In this document: positions 38,291-48,455 of the stretch, piece after piece
How the letters are laid out: each line of letters opens with the position of its first letter
How positions within the stretch are numbered: position 1 is the stretch's first letter
NCBI GenBank assembly: GCA_038231455.1
Contig: JBBRLI010000010.1
Coordinates: 64,747-128,746, forward strand
Reading direction: 5' to 3'
Source: Vulcanimicrobiales bacterium
GTDB lineage: Bacteria; Vulcanimicrobiota; Vulcanimicrobiia; Vulcanimicrobiales; Vulcanimicrobiaceae
DNA length: 64,000 bases
Program-made: the position numbers and the translations under genes
The notes under the pieces: model-generated
What the model saw: only the letters and a program-made list of their open reading frames with translations
Told to the model about the DNA's origin: nothing
The model's database searches: none

Positions 38291-38685
38291 TTCGCAGAGT
38301 CGAGCGCAACGCTGCGCCGGTCAAACAGCTTGGCATCGCGCGCCGCGGCGAATCGCTCGTTCCCTTCGAGGAACAGCAGAATCCCGATCTTGCGCTGCGC
38401 TATTCGAATGGCTTTGTGACCGTCGAGATCACGCACGACGCTCTCGATGCGTACATCGAGCTCACCGGTGATGTGCCGCTGCCGATCGTGCGCGATCGTA
38501 AGTCGGGCGACCGCCGGACGTTCGATCCGCGCAATCGCGTGCGCGTGGTGTACGATGCCAAAGCCAAACTGCGCGAAGTGATGACGCGTAGCCGCGACGG
38601 GCTCTTCGTCCGCGTCAATTTCCCGATGCGGCTCGACCCGCCGACCCTGGGCGAGACCGAACAGCCCGCCTCAAACGTCGCCTAA
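38287..38685 (+). CDS. Hypothetical protein
   Basis: 132-aa ORF with typical codon usage, translationally coupled. Confidence 0.65.
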   Translation: MIRRVERNAAPVKQLGIARRGESLVPFEEQQNPDLALRYSNGFVTVEITHDALDAYIELTGDVPLPIVRDRKSGDRRTFDPRNRVRVVYDAKAKLREVMTRSRDGLFVRVNFPMRLDPPTLGETEQPASNVA

Positions 38686-38688
38686 GCC

Positions 38689-39267
38689 TTAGAGGCGCAG
38701 GCGTGCCGCGATCTTGGGCCACTGCGGCCCGAGGCCCGCGGCGATCAGGACCTTTGCGATGTCACCGACGAGAAACGGTGTGACGCCAATCGCAATTGCA
38801 GCGCCCAGGCCCCCGATTGATGGGAAGCGCGTGAGCCAGGTAACACCGAAAACGAAGACGATGGCCGTCGATAGGAAGATCGCGGCGAAGCGTTTTGCGT
38901 ACGTCTCCCCCCAGCCGGCGGCGAAAAACGTCCCCAGCACAAAGGCGACAACCGGATAGGCGAGGAGATAGCCGCCGGTTGGGCCCTCGATCTTGAGCAA
39001 TCCCGAGCCGCCGTTCGAAAAGACGGGCATGCCCATGAGGCCTTCCGCGAGGTAGGCGAACATCGCAAGTGTCGCTTGTTCGCGGCCCAAGGCGGCCACG
39101 ATGAGCGGCAAGGCCAGCGTTTGACCCGTGATCGGTACGCTCAAGCCCGGCGGGCCAATGGTCATCGCGAGCTGTGCGGAGAGTGCCATCAAGAGCGATC
39201 CGGCGGCGACGAGCGCAAGACGCAGCCCAAGTGAACGCGGGCTGGTAAAACTACGGGCGAAAAGCAT
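38689..39267 (-). CDS. bioY: Biotin transporter BioY
   Basis: VPITGQT, YLAEGLMGMPVF, GPTGGYLL, PFLVGD..K motifs. Confidence 0.93.
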   Translation of the reverse strand: MLFARSFTSPRSLGLRLALVAAGSLLMALSAQLAMTIGPPGLSVPITGQTLALPLIVAALGREQATLAMFAYLAEGLMGMPVFSNGGSGLLKIEGPTGGYLLAYPVVAFVLGTFFAAGWGETYAKRFAAIFLSTAIVFVFGVTWLTRFPSIGGLGAAIAIGVTPFLVGDIAKVLIAAGLGPQWPKIAARLRL

Positions 39268-39306
39268 CGTAAAATCGGTTCAGCGCGTGCTATAATTCGC
39301 CTCGTT

Positions 39307-40851
39307 TTGGAGACGCAGACGCGGTCGCACCATGCGACCAACGGCAAAGCCAAGGCGTCGCGTCTCGATCAGACGCGCACGCCCTACTTTCAGGTACTGC
39401 TCGACTATGTCGACCAAGGCGTGATTCCGTTTCATACTCCGGGCCACAAGCAAGGCATCGGGATGGACCGCGCCTTTCGCGAGTTCGTCGGCGATAACGT
39501 GCTCTCGATCGACCTTACGCAGATCCGCGGTCTCGACGACCTCTTGCAGCCCGAGGGACCTCTCGTCGAAGCCCAAGAGCTTGCAGCCGAGGCGTTTGGT
39601 GCCGAGCAGACATTCTTCTTAATCAACGGCTCGACGAGCGGCAACCAGTGCATGCTCATGACGGCGCTCAACCAAGGCGACAAAGTCGCGCTGCCGCGCA
39701 ACGCACACAAGTCCGCAATGGGAGCGCTTGTGATGTCGGGCGCATTCCCCGTCTACATGCAGCCCGAAGTCGACGAGGCGCTGCACATGGATCATACGGT
39801 GACGCCGGAGACCGTGCGCCGGACGCTTGCCGAGCATCCGGACATCAAAGCCGTGTACGTCGTGAGCCCGACCTACTACGGCGTCGCCGCCGATCTCGAA
39901 GGCATCGCTGCCGTTGCCCACGAGCACGGAGTGCCGCTGCTCGTCGATGAGGCGTGGGGCCCGCACTTCCACTTCCATCCGGCGCTCCCGCAGTCGGCCA
40001 TGCAAGCCGGTGCCGACATGTGCATTAACTCCACCCACAAGATGCTCGGCTCGATGTCGCAAACGGCGATGCTTCACGTGCAAGGCACGCGCATCAAGCG
40101 CGATCGCCTCAAAGCCGTCTACAAACTCTTTCTCTCGACCTCACCGAACTTGGTGATGGTCGCCTCGCTCGATGTCGCGCGCCGTCAGGCCGCAACCGAA
40201 GGTCGCGCGCTGCTCTCGCGCACGATCGAGATCGCCAACGACACGCGCCGCCGTCTTAACGACATCAATGGCGTCTATTGCTTTGGCGATGAACTCGAAG
40301 GCCGCCCGGGCGTTTTCGATCTCGATCCGACCAAGGTGACGATCACGGTCAAGAACTTGGGCTATACGGGATACGAAGCCGAAGAGATTCTGCGCCGTCG
40401 GTACAACGTGCAATGCGAACTCGCCGATTTGTTCAACACGCTTGCACTCTACACGATCGGCACGACGCAAGACGCCGCAGATCGCCTGGTGTACGGCGTG
40501 AAAGAACTCGCACGCGAAGATCGCCCGATCGACGTGTTTTCGCCGTCGGGCGTTCTCGAACGTCGCCTCAAAACCGGCACGTATAAGCTGCCCAAGATTC
40601 CGGAGATCCGCCTCTCGCCGCGCGAAGCATTTTTGGCCGATACGGAATTCGTGAAATTTAAAACGAGCGCGGGCCGGGTGTGTGCAGAAGTGATCACACC
40701 GTACCCGCCCGGCATTCCGGTGATCTCGCCCGGCGAAGTGATCACCAAAGAAATCATCGATTATCTGGATCTCGAAAAACGCGCGGGCGTCAAGATGCAG
40801 GGCCCATACGATTCGGAACTCAAGCAGATACGCGTGGTCATCGGCGCGTAA
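39307..40851 (+). CDS. PLP-dependent Arg/Lys/Orn decarboxylase (SpeA/YaaO-like)
   Basis: FHTPGHK, LINGSTSG, RNAHKS, VDEAWG, STHKM, TSP, PYPPGIP; TGnTATAAT immediately upstream. Confidence 0.92.
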   Translation: METQTRSHHATNGKAKASRLDQTRTPYFQVLLDYVDQGVIPFHTPGHKQGIGMDRAFREFVGDNVLSIDLTQIRGLDDLLQPEGPLVEAQELAAEAFGAEQTFFLINGSTSGNQCMLMTALNQGDKVALPRNAHKSAMGALVMSGAFPVYMQPEVDEALHMDHTVTPETVRRTLAEHPDIKAVYVVSPTYYGVAADLEGIAAVAHEHGVPLLVDEAWGPHFHFHPALPQSAMQAGADMCINSTHKMLGSMSQTAMLHVQGTRIKRDRLKAVYKLFLSTSPNLVMVASLDVARRQAATEGRALLSRTIEIANDTRRRLNDINGVYCFGDELEGRPGVFDLDPTKVTITVKNLGYTGYEAEEILRRRYNVQCELADLFNTLALYTIGTTQDAADRLVYGVKELAREDRPIDVFSPSGVLERRLKTGTYKLPKIPEIRLSPREAFLADTEFVKFKTSAGRVCAEVITPYPPGIPVISPGEVITKEIIDYLDLEKRAGVKMQGPYDSELKQIRVVIGA

Positions 40852-40937
40852 GGCCGAGTGGATTTCCGGCGCTCGCCGTCTAAGGAGTTCGTTGGGCCGG
40901 TCGACTAAGAGCCGCCCGTACTTCAGCGGGTGAGCGA

Positions 40938-41828
40938 ATGATGGCAGGCGATCCTCTCGATCGAATCCGGTGGCGGCGGGCGATTGCGGCCTCCGTGCTC
41001 ATCAATGGCGCGCTCATCGCGTTCTGCAGCGCATTCACGACGCTCGGGGCCGAGCAGGTTGTCCAATCGCTCCCCTCCATCGCGCGCATTTCGATTGACC
41101 GACTCGCGCGCCGCGAAGTCGCCTCTCCGCGACCGCTGCGTGCGTCTTCGGCACAACACGAACCAATCGCACTCCGCAGTGCGACGATTGCGCTTCCGAG
41201 CTATGCGCCGACCGTTACTGCGCGAGTCTCCATGGAAGGCCAGCATGTTGTCCCGGCAGTCGGACGACTTCACGCAACCGCACATGTGGACGCCGGAGTA
41301 TCTGGTGCCGGTGTCGATCCGGGATCGTCGGGAGCATCCGGATCATCGCGTGACATTCACGGGTACGATGAGTACTTTCGTAACGCGATTCAGCGCGCAA
41401 AAAATGCCGCGGATGTGCCGACGGGACCACTGGTCGCATCGACGATGCGACCGATCGACCCTGGACGTGGGTTCGCCTTCCATATGGAACCGAAATTGAA
41501 TGCGGCGAGTTGGCCGTTGCCGGAGCGCGGGCTCTTCGCTCATGCGCGCGTCGTACGTACGGATGTCGATGCGGCGGCGATCCGCGCGACCACGAAAATC
41601 GGCGGGATGTGGTTTTGCATCGGATACTACGTGAAAATCGACAAACGCAATGCAGAGAATTCACTTGCCGGTCCGTACGCCGGACCTTGTCATCGCAATT
41701 GGCTCGTGCAACTCGGCATCGACCGCGCTCCGGCTTCCAGCGAATCATCGGCTCCGGCCACGTCGCCCGCGGTCGATATCCCAACGCCACTTGCGAGCCC
41801 CTCGTTCGGCCGCGGGCTACCTCGCTAA
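40938..41828 (+). CDS. Hypothetical membrane-anchored protein
   Basis: N-terminal TM segment, low-complexity linker and a C-terminal domain with two Cys. Confidence 0.5.
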   Translation: MMAGDPLDRIRWRRAIAASVLINGALIAFCSAFTTLGAEQVVQSLPSIARISIDRLARREVASPRPLRASSAQHEPIALRSATIALPSYAPTVTARVSMEGQHVVPAVGRLHATAHVDAGVSGAGVDPGSSGASGSSRDIHGYDEYFRNAIQRAKNAADVPTGPLVASTMRPIDPGRGFAFHMEPKLNAASWPLPERGLFAHARVVRTDVDAAAIRATTKIGGMWFCIGYYVKIDKRNAENSLAGPYAGPCHRNWLVQLGIDRAPASSESSAPATSPAVDIPTPLASPSFGRGLPR

Positions 41829-43294
41829 GTCGCGACCGCGGCTTTGGAATGCACGGCAGCGGAGTCGATCAGGACGGCTTCCTCGACGATTCTCTTCGCC
41901 ATGTTCCCGAAGATCAATTCGTGAAATGGCATGACGCTGTACCAATAAAGATACCCGAAGATGCCGTGCGGTTCGAAGAACGCCGTCTGACGTAAACTAA
42001 CCGTTCCCTCGCCGGTTGCAATCGTCTCGAATTGAAGCCAGGCTTTCCCCGGCAGTTTCATTTCGGCGCGTAGGCGCAGCAGCGAATCCGGTTGATAGGC
42101 TTCGACGCGCCAAAAATCGACGGCGTCGCCGACGCGCAGATCGGTTGGCGAACGGCGGCCGCGGCGCGTCCCGAATCCGCCGACGAGACGATCGAGCACG
42201 CCGCGTAACTCCCAGAGTGAATCGGCGTACAGCCACCCACGCGTGCCACCTAAGCTCGAGTAGACGGAGAAGAGCGCACGTTCGGAAACGGAGGCCGAGA
42301 TCGCGCGCCGGTCGATGAGCATGCCCTGCGTCAGGCCGGCAAATTCGCTTGGCAACGTGCGAACGTCATAAGCGTCAAACCACGTCGTTGCCGGTCCCGT
42401 CGAAGCGTAGCGATCGAGCGCGCGGCGCACGGCCTCGTCATAGCCGACCGGAACCACCGAGAAATCTCGTCGAGCCGTATCGTCGTGAACGATTACCTCG
42501 TTGTGCAGCCCGTCGATTAACGGGCGCGCAATTGAGGCGGGGATCGGCGTGACGAAATGCACCCAATACGAAGAGAGGCGCGGGGTGAAGAAGGGCACGA
42601 CGGCGAGATGCCGGCTGAGGCCACGTAAGGTAGCGTAGCGTTTCATCATCTGCTTGTACGTCAAGACGTCGGCCCCGCCGATCTCATAGATTTTCCCAGC
42701 CGTCTCCGGACGTTTGAGCGTTTCCAGCAAATACGCGATAACGTCGGTGACGAGAATCGGTTGCGAGCGGGTCGCGACCCACTTGGGTGCGATCATCACG
42801 GGCAGCCGGTCGGTCAAGTAGCGCATCATCTCGAACGACGCGCTGCCCGATCCAACGATCATCGCTGCACGAAATTCGGTGACGGGAACACCGCTCTCGC
42901 GCAAGATTGCTCCGACTTCATGACGGCTGCGAAGGTGAACGGAGAGCTCCGTCCCTTCTTGACCAAGGCCACCGAGATACACGATACGCGCGACGCCGGC
43001 CGCTTGCGCCGCCTCGCCGAAGATGCGCGCCGCCTCACGATCGCTTTGGGCAAAGTCGCCGTGCGACTCGGTCATCGAGTGAATGAGGTAGTAGGCGACA
43101 TCGATGCCTTCGAGCGCCGCGCGAACCGACGGTGCATCGAATGCGTCGCCGCGTACGATTTCAATTCCCGCAAAGCGACCGGCGAGACGTTCGGGTTCAC
43201 GCGCTAAGGCGCGGACCGAATAGCCTGCGGCGACCATCGCGGGGATTAGGCGGCCCCCGATATATCCCGTAGCTCCGGTAACAAGAACCCGCAT
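41825..43294 (-). CDS. NAD(P)-binding atypical SDR with DUF2867 (YbjT-like)
   Basis: GATGYIGG, YYLIHSM, HLRSR, GSGSASFE, VDFWRV, AEMKLPG motifs. Confidence 0.9.
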   Translation of the reverse strand: MRVLVTGATGYIGGRLIPAMVAAGYSVRALAREPERLAGRFAGIEIVRGDAFDAPSVRAALEGIDVAYYLIHSMTESHGDFAQSDREAARIFGEAAQAAGVARIVYLGGLGQEGTELSVHLRSRHEVGAILRESGVPVTEFRAAMIVGSGSASFEMMRYLTDRLPVMIAPKWVATRSQPILVTDVIAYLLETLKRPETAGKIYEIGGADVLTYKQMMKRYATLRGLSRHLAVVPFFTPRLSSYWVHFVTPIPASIARPLIDGLHNEVIVHDDTARRDFSVVPVGYDEAVRRALDRYASTGPATTWFDAYDVRTLPSEFAGLTQGMLIDRRAISASVSERALFSVYSSLGGTRGWLYADSLWELRGVLDRLVGGFGTRRGRRSPTDLRVGDAVDFWRVEAYQPDSLLRLRAEMKLPGKAWLQFETIATGEGTVSLRQTAFFEPHGIFGYLYWYSVMPFHELIFGNMAKRIVEEAVLIDSAAVHSKAAVAT

Positions 43295-43596
43295 CAGATG
43301 CTGATTCGAGCGTTTGGTATTCCAAGCATTTTCGCCGGGCCGTCCGATTCGACGTCGCGACCGATCTTTCCGATCGCGCGGTCACCCGCGTAGAGCGTGG
43401 CCTCGATGCCGGCTTTGGCGAGCATCTGCGTCGCTGCGCGCAGCAGCGGGAGCGTTTTTCTGGCTCCGAGCAGCGTCCGTACGATCGCCGCCGGGTCACT
43501 GCTGATCCGAACGTCGATGTCGCGGCCGTGTCCGTCGATGCGCAGCTTCATCCCGTCTGCAAGCACAACGTCGAGCCGGGCCGCGATATCGATCAC
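43294..43596 (-). CDS. Hypothetical protein
   Basis: 100-aa ORF coupled to its neighbours. Confidence 0.6.
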   Translation of the reverse strand: MIDIAARLDVVLADGMKLRIDGHGRDIDVRISSDPAAIVRTLLGARKTLPLLRAATQMLAKAGIEATLYAGDRAIGKIGRDVESDGPAKMLGIPNARISI

Positions 43597-43599
43597 GAG

Positions 43600-43803
43600 C
43601 TAGGACTCCGACGTGCGGATTTTCATCGCTCCGTTGATGTGCCACGTCGCGCGCGTCGCATCTGCATGCGCCGAGCTCGGTACGCCGATCTCCATGTGAT
43701 CGAAATGATATTCGATCGTCGCGCCGCGACCGGTCAAGAAGCTATACAAACCTTCGGCAAGCTCGGGCCACGTTGTCGTATCTTTGCGCTCTTTTACATC
43801 CAC
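43600..43803 (-). CDS. Small hypothetical protein
   Basis: 67-aa ORF (TTTWPELAEGLY..LTGRGATIEY) with AGGAG SD. Confidence 0.7.
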   Translation of the reverse strand: MDVKERKDTTTWPELAEGLYSFLTGRGATIEYHFDHMEIGVPSSAHADATRATWHINGAMKIRTSES

Positions 43804-44109
43804 GGTATACTCCTAAAATCGGCGGCTGTTGCGTACCCATCAGAAGCCTCGAAGCGTCGCGAAGTTCCGCCCCTTTCAAAGTCGTGTCGTAAAAAAGTAT
43901 CTGAAATCAATACGGACATTTGGCATTTGCAAGCAGACACCGTGAAACGATATTCCGGTTAGGAAGTAAGAAGCGTTATCACCTTACCTACGCGTCGGGA
44001 TTCAAATGACCGACAACTGGTTAAAGGGACCAGACGGGAAGCGCCGGAAGGCTTCTCTCCGTCGGTGCCCCTGGGGTTTAGGTCACCGAACGCTGGAAAA
44101 TGAGGATGA

Positions 44110-45705
44110 GTGTTGGCCGTTAACGCCGAGTCTTTCTCACCGAATCCGGAGCTGACGCAGCTTCTCGATATCTTCCCCCTCCCGATCAGACAAGCGCTCG
44201 TGCGACTTCCGAACATCACCTCGGTGATCGAAGTCGTGCTGGATCTGGGTCGGCCGCCTGAAGCGCGATTTGAAGACGACTTTGTCTTCTTGAGCGACGT
44301 CGGTGTCACACACGAAGACATCGCACATGTTGCCTCGCGGCTTTCTCCATTCGGTGCGGACAACCGCGCCGGTATTGAGAAAACGCTGCATCGCATCAGC
44401 GCGATCCGCAATCGAACGGGGAAGATCGTCGGCCTCACGTGTCGCGTGGGCCGCGCGGTGTATGGAACCATCGATATTATTCTCGATGTCATCAGAAGCG
44501 GTAAGTCGATCTGCTTACTCGGTCGTCCGGGCGTGGGCAAGACGACGATGTTGCGCGAATGTGCGCGCGTGCTCAGCGAAGATCGCAAACGCGTCGTGAT
44601 CGTCGATACGTCGAACGAAATTGCCGGCGACGGCGATGTGCCGCACCCCGGTATCGGCCATGCGCGACGCATGCCGGTCTCCGATCCAGCGCTCCAACAC
44701 AACGTCATGATCGAGGCCGTCGAAAACCACATGCCGCAGATCATCGTGATCGATGAAATCGGCACCGAGGCTGAGGCGCTCGCCGCACGGACGATCGCGG
44801 AACGCGGCGTCCAACTCATCGGTACCGCCCACGGGCAAACGCTCGAAAACTTGCTCATGAATCCGACGCTCTCGGATCTGATGGGTGGCATCAGTGCGGT
44901 TACGCTCTCCGATGAGGAAGCACGCCGCCGCGGCACGCGCAAGACGGTCCTCGAGCGCAAAGCACCGCCGACATTCGAAGTACTCATCGAGATTCAAGAC
45001 CGCGACCGCCTCGCAATTCACACGAACGTCGGCGAAGTTGTCGACGCGCTCTTGCGCGGCTACTCGCCGCAACCCGAAGTGCGTCAGCGTACGGCGGGCG
45101 GCAGTGTGACCGTCATCCAGGAAGCCAATCCCGAAGCCGTCCCCGCGAAGCTTTCGCGTTCCGCATCCGGCGAGCCGATGGATCAGATGCGCGAAGAAGC
45201 GATGCTCTTCGGAATGGGCGGCGGCGAAGTCGCCGTCGACGAACGCCCCGTCGCGATCTTCCCGTACGGTGTCTCGCGCAATAAGATCGAACGCGCCATC
45301 CACAACTTGCGTGTCAACGCGACGATCGCCCGCAAGTGGGACGAAGCCGATGTCGTGCTCGTGCACAAAGCGATGGAGCGCAAAGAATCCGCGCGCTTGA
45401 AAACCATCGCGGCAGAAAACGTGCCGATCGTCTCGATCAAAACCGATACGACGACCCAAATTCAGCACGCGCTTAAAGACGTTTTCAATCTCCCCTCGAT
45501 CGACACCGAAGACATCGCGATGCGCGAAGCCGAGGAAGCCGTCTACCAGGTGCTACTCGACCAGAAAGCCGTCGAGCTCTCACCGCAGACATCATACATT
45601 CGGCGCATGCAGCATCAGTTAGCCGAACGCTACCGGGTTCAGTCCCGCAGCACCGGCCTCGAACCGAACCGTCGCGTGCGGCTCTACAAGGGAACGGACC
45701 TTTAG
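44110..45705 (+). CDS. Ycf45/SpoIIIAA-like AAA ATPase with C-terminal R3H domain
   Basis: GLTCRVGR, GRPGVGKTT, DTSNEIAG, DEIG, TAHG; IRRMQH R3H motif. Confidence 0.9.
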   Translation: MLAVNAESFSPNPELTQLLDIFPLPIRQALVRLPNITSVIEVVLDLGRPPEARFEDDFVFLSDVGVTHEDIAHVASRLSPFGADNRAGIEKTLHRISAIRNRTGKIVGLTCRVGRAVYGTIDIILDVIRSGKSICLLGRPGVGKTTMLRECARVLSEDRKRVVIVDTSNEIAGDGDVPHPGIGHARRMPVSDPALQHNVMIEAVENHMPQIIVIDEIGTEAEALAARTIAERGVQLIGTAHGQTLENLLMNPTLSDLMGGISAVTLSDEEARRRGTRKTVLERKAPPTFEVLIEIQDRDRLAIHTNVGEVVDALLRGYSPQPEVRQRTAGGSVTVIQEANPEAVPAKLSRSASGEPMDQMREEAMLFGMGGGEVAVDERPVAIFPYGVSRNKIERAIHNLRVNATIARKWDEADVVLVHKAMERKESARLKTIAAENVPIVSIKTDTTTQIQHALKDVFNLPSIDTEDIAMREAEEAVYQVLLDQKAVELSPQTSYIRRMQHQLAERYRVQSRSTGLEPNRRVRLYKGTDL

Positions 45706-46379
45706 CGGCGCTTTTCCTCGAGCGTCACGTTCCCCGTATCATCGACGGTAAAGAACGTGTCGTACTGCATCATCTCGTCCTGAACTTTGACGCGGCTATG
45801 AACTTTGAAGCGGTGCACCTGGAAGTCGGCGGATTTCCGCTGGCTTCCAAGGTAACTCATCTTCAAGAGTGGCGTTCCGTTCGGACCCGGATCGGTCAGG
45901 CGCTGCGTATCGACCAGATGCTGAACGATAATTTTCTGCGTTTGTAAGGGCAAGAGCCGGTAGGCGTCATCGTCCTGCGAGAGTTTATTTTTGAGCTCGT
46001 CGGAAGCTTTGTTGTCGGGTTCGGCCGTGTCGTTGATATACCGATACACGGCATCCCAGTCGTCAGCCGGAATTCCGACGAAGGCGACAGCAAGCATCTT
46101 CCATTGTACGCCGTTCTGAATGACCGCATCGTTGCGCGAAACTTTGACGCGTGCCTTGATCGAACGCGTCGGTAAATCGATCTGCACGTTGAGCTCGGGC
46201 AGATTGGGCACGTCTTTTCCGACGAATGAGAAACCCGATTCGCTGATCTCGATGCCGACAGCCGGAAGTGAGGGCTGTTCGGGAATGATCACTCGCACCG
46301 GAAAGCGCACTTTCTTACGATCGTGTATACGCCGCTCGGCGCCACGACCCGTAATCACGCGCATGATTTCGTTGAACAT
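45702..46379 (-). CDS. PilZ domain protein with extra C-terminal domain
   Basis: ERRIHDR and EISESG motifs. Confidence 0.75.
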   Translation of the reverse strand: MFNEIMRVITGRGAERRIHDRKKVRFPVRVIIPEQPSLPAVGIEISESGFSFVGKDVPNLPELNVQIDLPTRSIKARVKVSRNDAVIQNGVQWKMLAVAFVGIPADDWDAVYRYINDTAEPDNKASDELKNKLSQDDDAYRLLPLQTQKIIVQHLVDTQRLTDPGPNGTPLLKMSYLGSQRKSADFQVHRFKVHSRVKVQDEMMQYDTFFTVDDTGNVTLEEKRR

Positions 46380-46435
46380 GGTGCGATGTGCCCGGGCCGA
46401 AAGCAAAACCGTCGGGTGGGCAGAACTCCTATCGG

Positions 46436-47050
46436 GTGCTCATTACCTTCGAGGGAATCGAGGGCTCCGGCAAGTCGACTCTTATCGCGACGCTTGCTTC
46501 CGACCTTCGCAATCGCCAAATCGATATCCACGTCACGCGCGAGCCCGGCGGTACGCCGCTCGGAGACCGCGTCCGTTCGATCTTCCTCTACGACCCGGAC
46601 CTCACCATCGACCCGCTTGCCGAGGCCCTTCTCATCAATGCTTCACGCGCTCAGTTGGTGGCCGATGTGATCTCGCCGGCTCTTCGTGCCGGGACCATCG
46701 TGCTATGCGATCGGTTTTTCGATGCGACCATCGCGTATCAGGGTTTTGGACGTGGCCTCGATGTCGAGATGCTCCTTGAACTCTCGCTCTCGGCGACTCG
46801 CCGCATCGCGCCCGATCTCACGTTTCTGCTCGACCTCCCAGTGGAGCGTTCGCGCGAACGGCTGCAGGAGCGCGGAACCACCGACCGGCTCGAGCGCGAG
46901 TCGCCCGAATTTCACGAACGCGTTCGAGCGGGCTACCTCCAGCTCGCGCAGCGATTCGGGCGCATCGTCGTGCTCGACGCAACCCTCGCACCCGAGGTCC
47001 TCGCTGCGGAGGCATTGCGGGTGATCGAATCGCGCCGGGTCGTGGTATGA
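46436..47050 (+). CDS. tmk: Thymidylate kinase
   Basis: FEGIEGSGKST, TREPGGT, CDRF..ATIAYQG motifs. Confidence 0.96.
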   Translation: MLITFEGIEGSGKSTLIATLASDLRNRQIDIHVTREPGGTPLGDRVRSIFLYDPDLTIDPLAEALLINASRAQLVADVISPALRAGTIVLCDRFFDATIAYQGFGRGLDVEMLLELSLSATRRIAPDLTFLLDLPVERSRERLQERGTTDRLERESPEFHERVRAGYLQLAQRFGRIVVLDATLAPEVLAAEALRVIESRRVVV

Positions 47051-48051
47051 GCGGAACCACCGGCACGTTCGATGTTGTAGGCGCGGCCGGTCCCGCGACA
47101 TTCTTCGGACATCTGCGAGACGAGACGCTCGCACACGGATATCTCTTCACGGGCGATGAGGGCGTGGGCAAGAAGACGTTTGCGTTACGACTCGCGCAGT
47201 CGCTCTTGTGCGTGACGCCAAAATCGACGCTTCTCGGCTATTGCGGCCACTGTACGGGCTGCACGCGCGTGCAGACCGGCACGCACCCGGATCTCTTTCT
47301 TGCCGAGGGATCGCTCAAAATCGGCGACCGCGACGGCGGCTCGGGATTCCACGAGAATGCGGAGATGACGGCGCGTGACCTCGTCCGTCAACTTTCGTTG
47401 CACTCCTACGCGGGCGGAAAACGCATCTTCATTTTGGGTGATGCGGATTTCACGCGCGAAGCGGCAAACGCGCTCTTGAAGTTCTTCGAAGAACCGCCGG
47501 CGGGCGTGCTGCTGATCGTGACCTCGAATGCCCCCGGGCGACTGCTCGCAACGATTCGCTCGCGTTTGGTCGACGTTGCGTTCCCCCACCTCGATCCCGC
47601 GGAAATCGTGGAGATTCTCAAGCGCGGTGGCGCAAGCGACGAAGACGCTGCGCGCGCCGCACCGATCGGTCAAGGCAGCGCGACGCGCGCGCGTGCGTAC
47701 CTCGATGAGGGAACCGGCGGCACGCGCGATGCGGCGATCGCCTACTTTTATGCTGCGGTGCGCGGCGAGCTTGCAGACGGGACGTGGGCGACGCGTCCGA
47801 GCCTCGAAGACGGCGTCGGCACCATCAAGATGCTCGCGCGCGATTGGCTTGCGCTGGCAATCGGCGGAGCTGACGTGCCGCTCCTCGTCGCGGATCAGCG
47901 TGCAGAACTTGCGCGCTTGCCGGCGGCGGATCCCGCGATTCTCGTTCGCGCTCTCGCGGCGATCGGTGAGGCGGAAAAGATCGCGCGCACCAATGTCTCG
48001 CCCGCGCTCGTCGTCGATCTCGTGCGCATGGCGCTTGCGCCGGTTCGATGA
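47047..48051 (+). CDS. holB: DNA polymerase III delta' subunit
   Basis: HGYLFTG..GVGK, CGHCTGC, HPD, AANALLK..EEPP, LATIRSR; follows tmk. Confidence 0.9.
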   Translation: MSGTTGTFDVVGAAGPATFFGHLRDETLAHGYLFTGDEGVGKKTFALRLAQSLLCVTPKSTLLGYCGHCTGCTRVQTGTHPDLFLAEGSLKIGDRDGGSGFHENAEMTARDLVRQLSLHSYAGGKRIFILGDADFTREAANALLKFFEEPPAGVLLIVTSNAPGRLLATIRSRLVDVAFPHLDPAEIVEILKRGGASDEDAARAAPIGQGSATRARAYLDEGTGGTRDAAIAYFYAAVRGELADGTWATRPSLEDGVGTIKMLARDWLALAIGGADVPLLVADQRAELARLPAADPAILVRALAAIGEAEKIARTNVSPALVVDLVRMALAPVR

Positions 48052-48455
48052 TCGCCGAATTGCAGACGATCCTCGATACGAGCGATTTCACGCGCGAGTA
48101 CGGAATCGTGATCGAGTCGATCGTGGATGGGCGCGTGCGCGCGCGCGTCCCGTTTCGACCGCACTACGTGCGTCCGGGTGGTGTCGTTCCGGGCTTCATT
48201 TATATGGCCGCCGCGGATCTGGTGATGTGGCTCGCCGTTTTCGCGTCGCTCGGCCCCGCCGCGGAACTCGCGGTGACAACCGATATGCGAACGAGCTTTC
48301 TCTCCGGCGTGCGCGGCGAAGATTTCTGGTGCGAAGCCGAAGTGGCGGATGTTGGCGAGCAATTGATCTTCGGCACGGCGACGTGTATGGACGCGCGCGG
48401 TGCCATCATCACGCATCACACGCTCACCTACATTCAGCCGCCCGCAAAGACTTAG
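48048..48455 (+). CDS. PaaI-family thioesterase
   Basis: RPGGVVPG..MAAAD hotdog-fold pattern. Confidence 0.75.
   Translation: MIAELQTILDTSDFTREYGIVIESIVDGRVRARVPFRPHYVRPGGVVPGFIYMAAADLVMWLAVFASLGPAAELAVTTDMRTSFLSGVRGEDFWCEAEVADVGEQLIFGTATCMDARGAIITHHTLTYIQPPAKT

Noticed and set aside
44027-44071. Imperfect hairpin upstream of the AAA-R3H gene
   Set aside because: A single GC-rich hairpin with no recognisable riboswitch motif; insufficient support.
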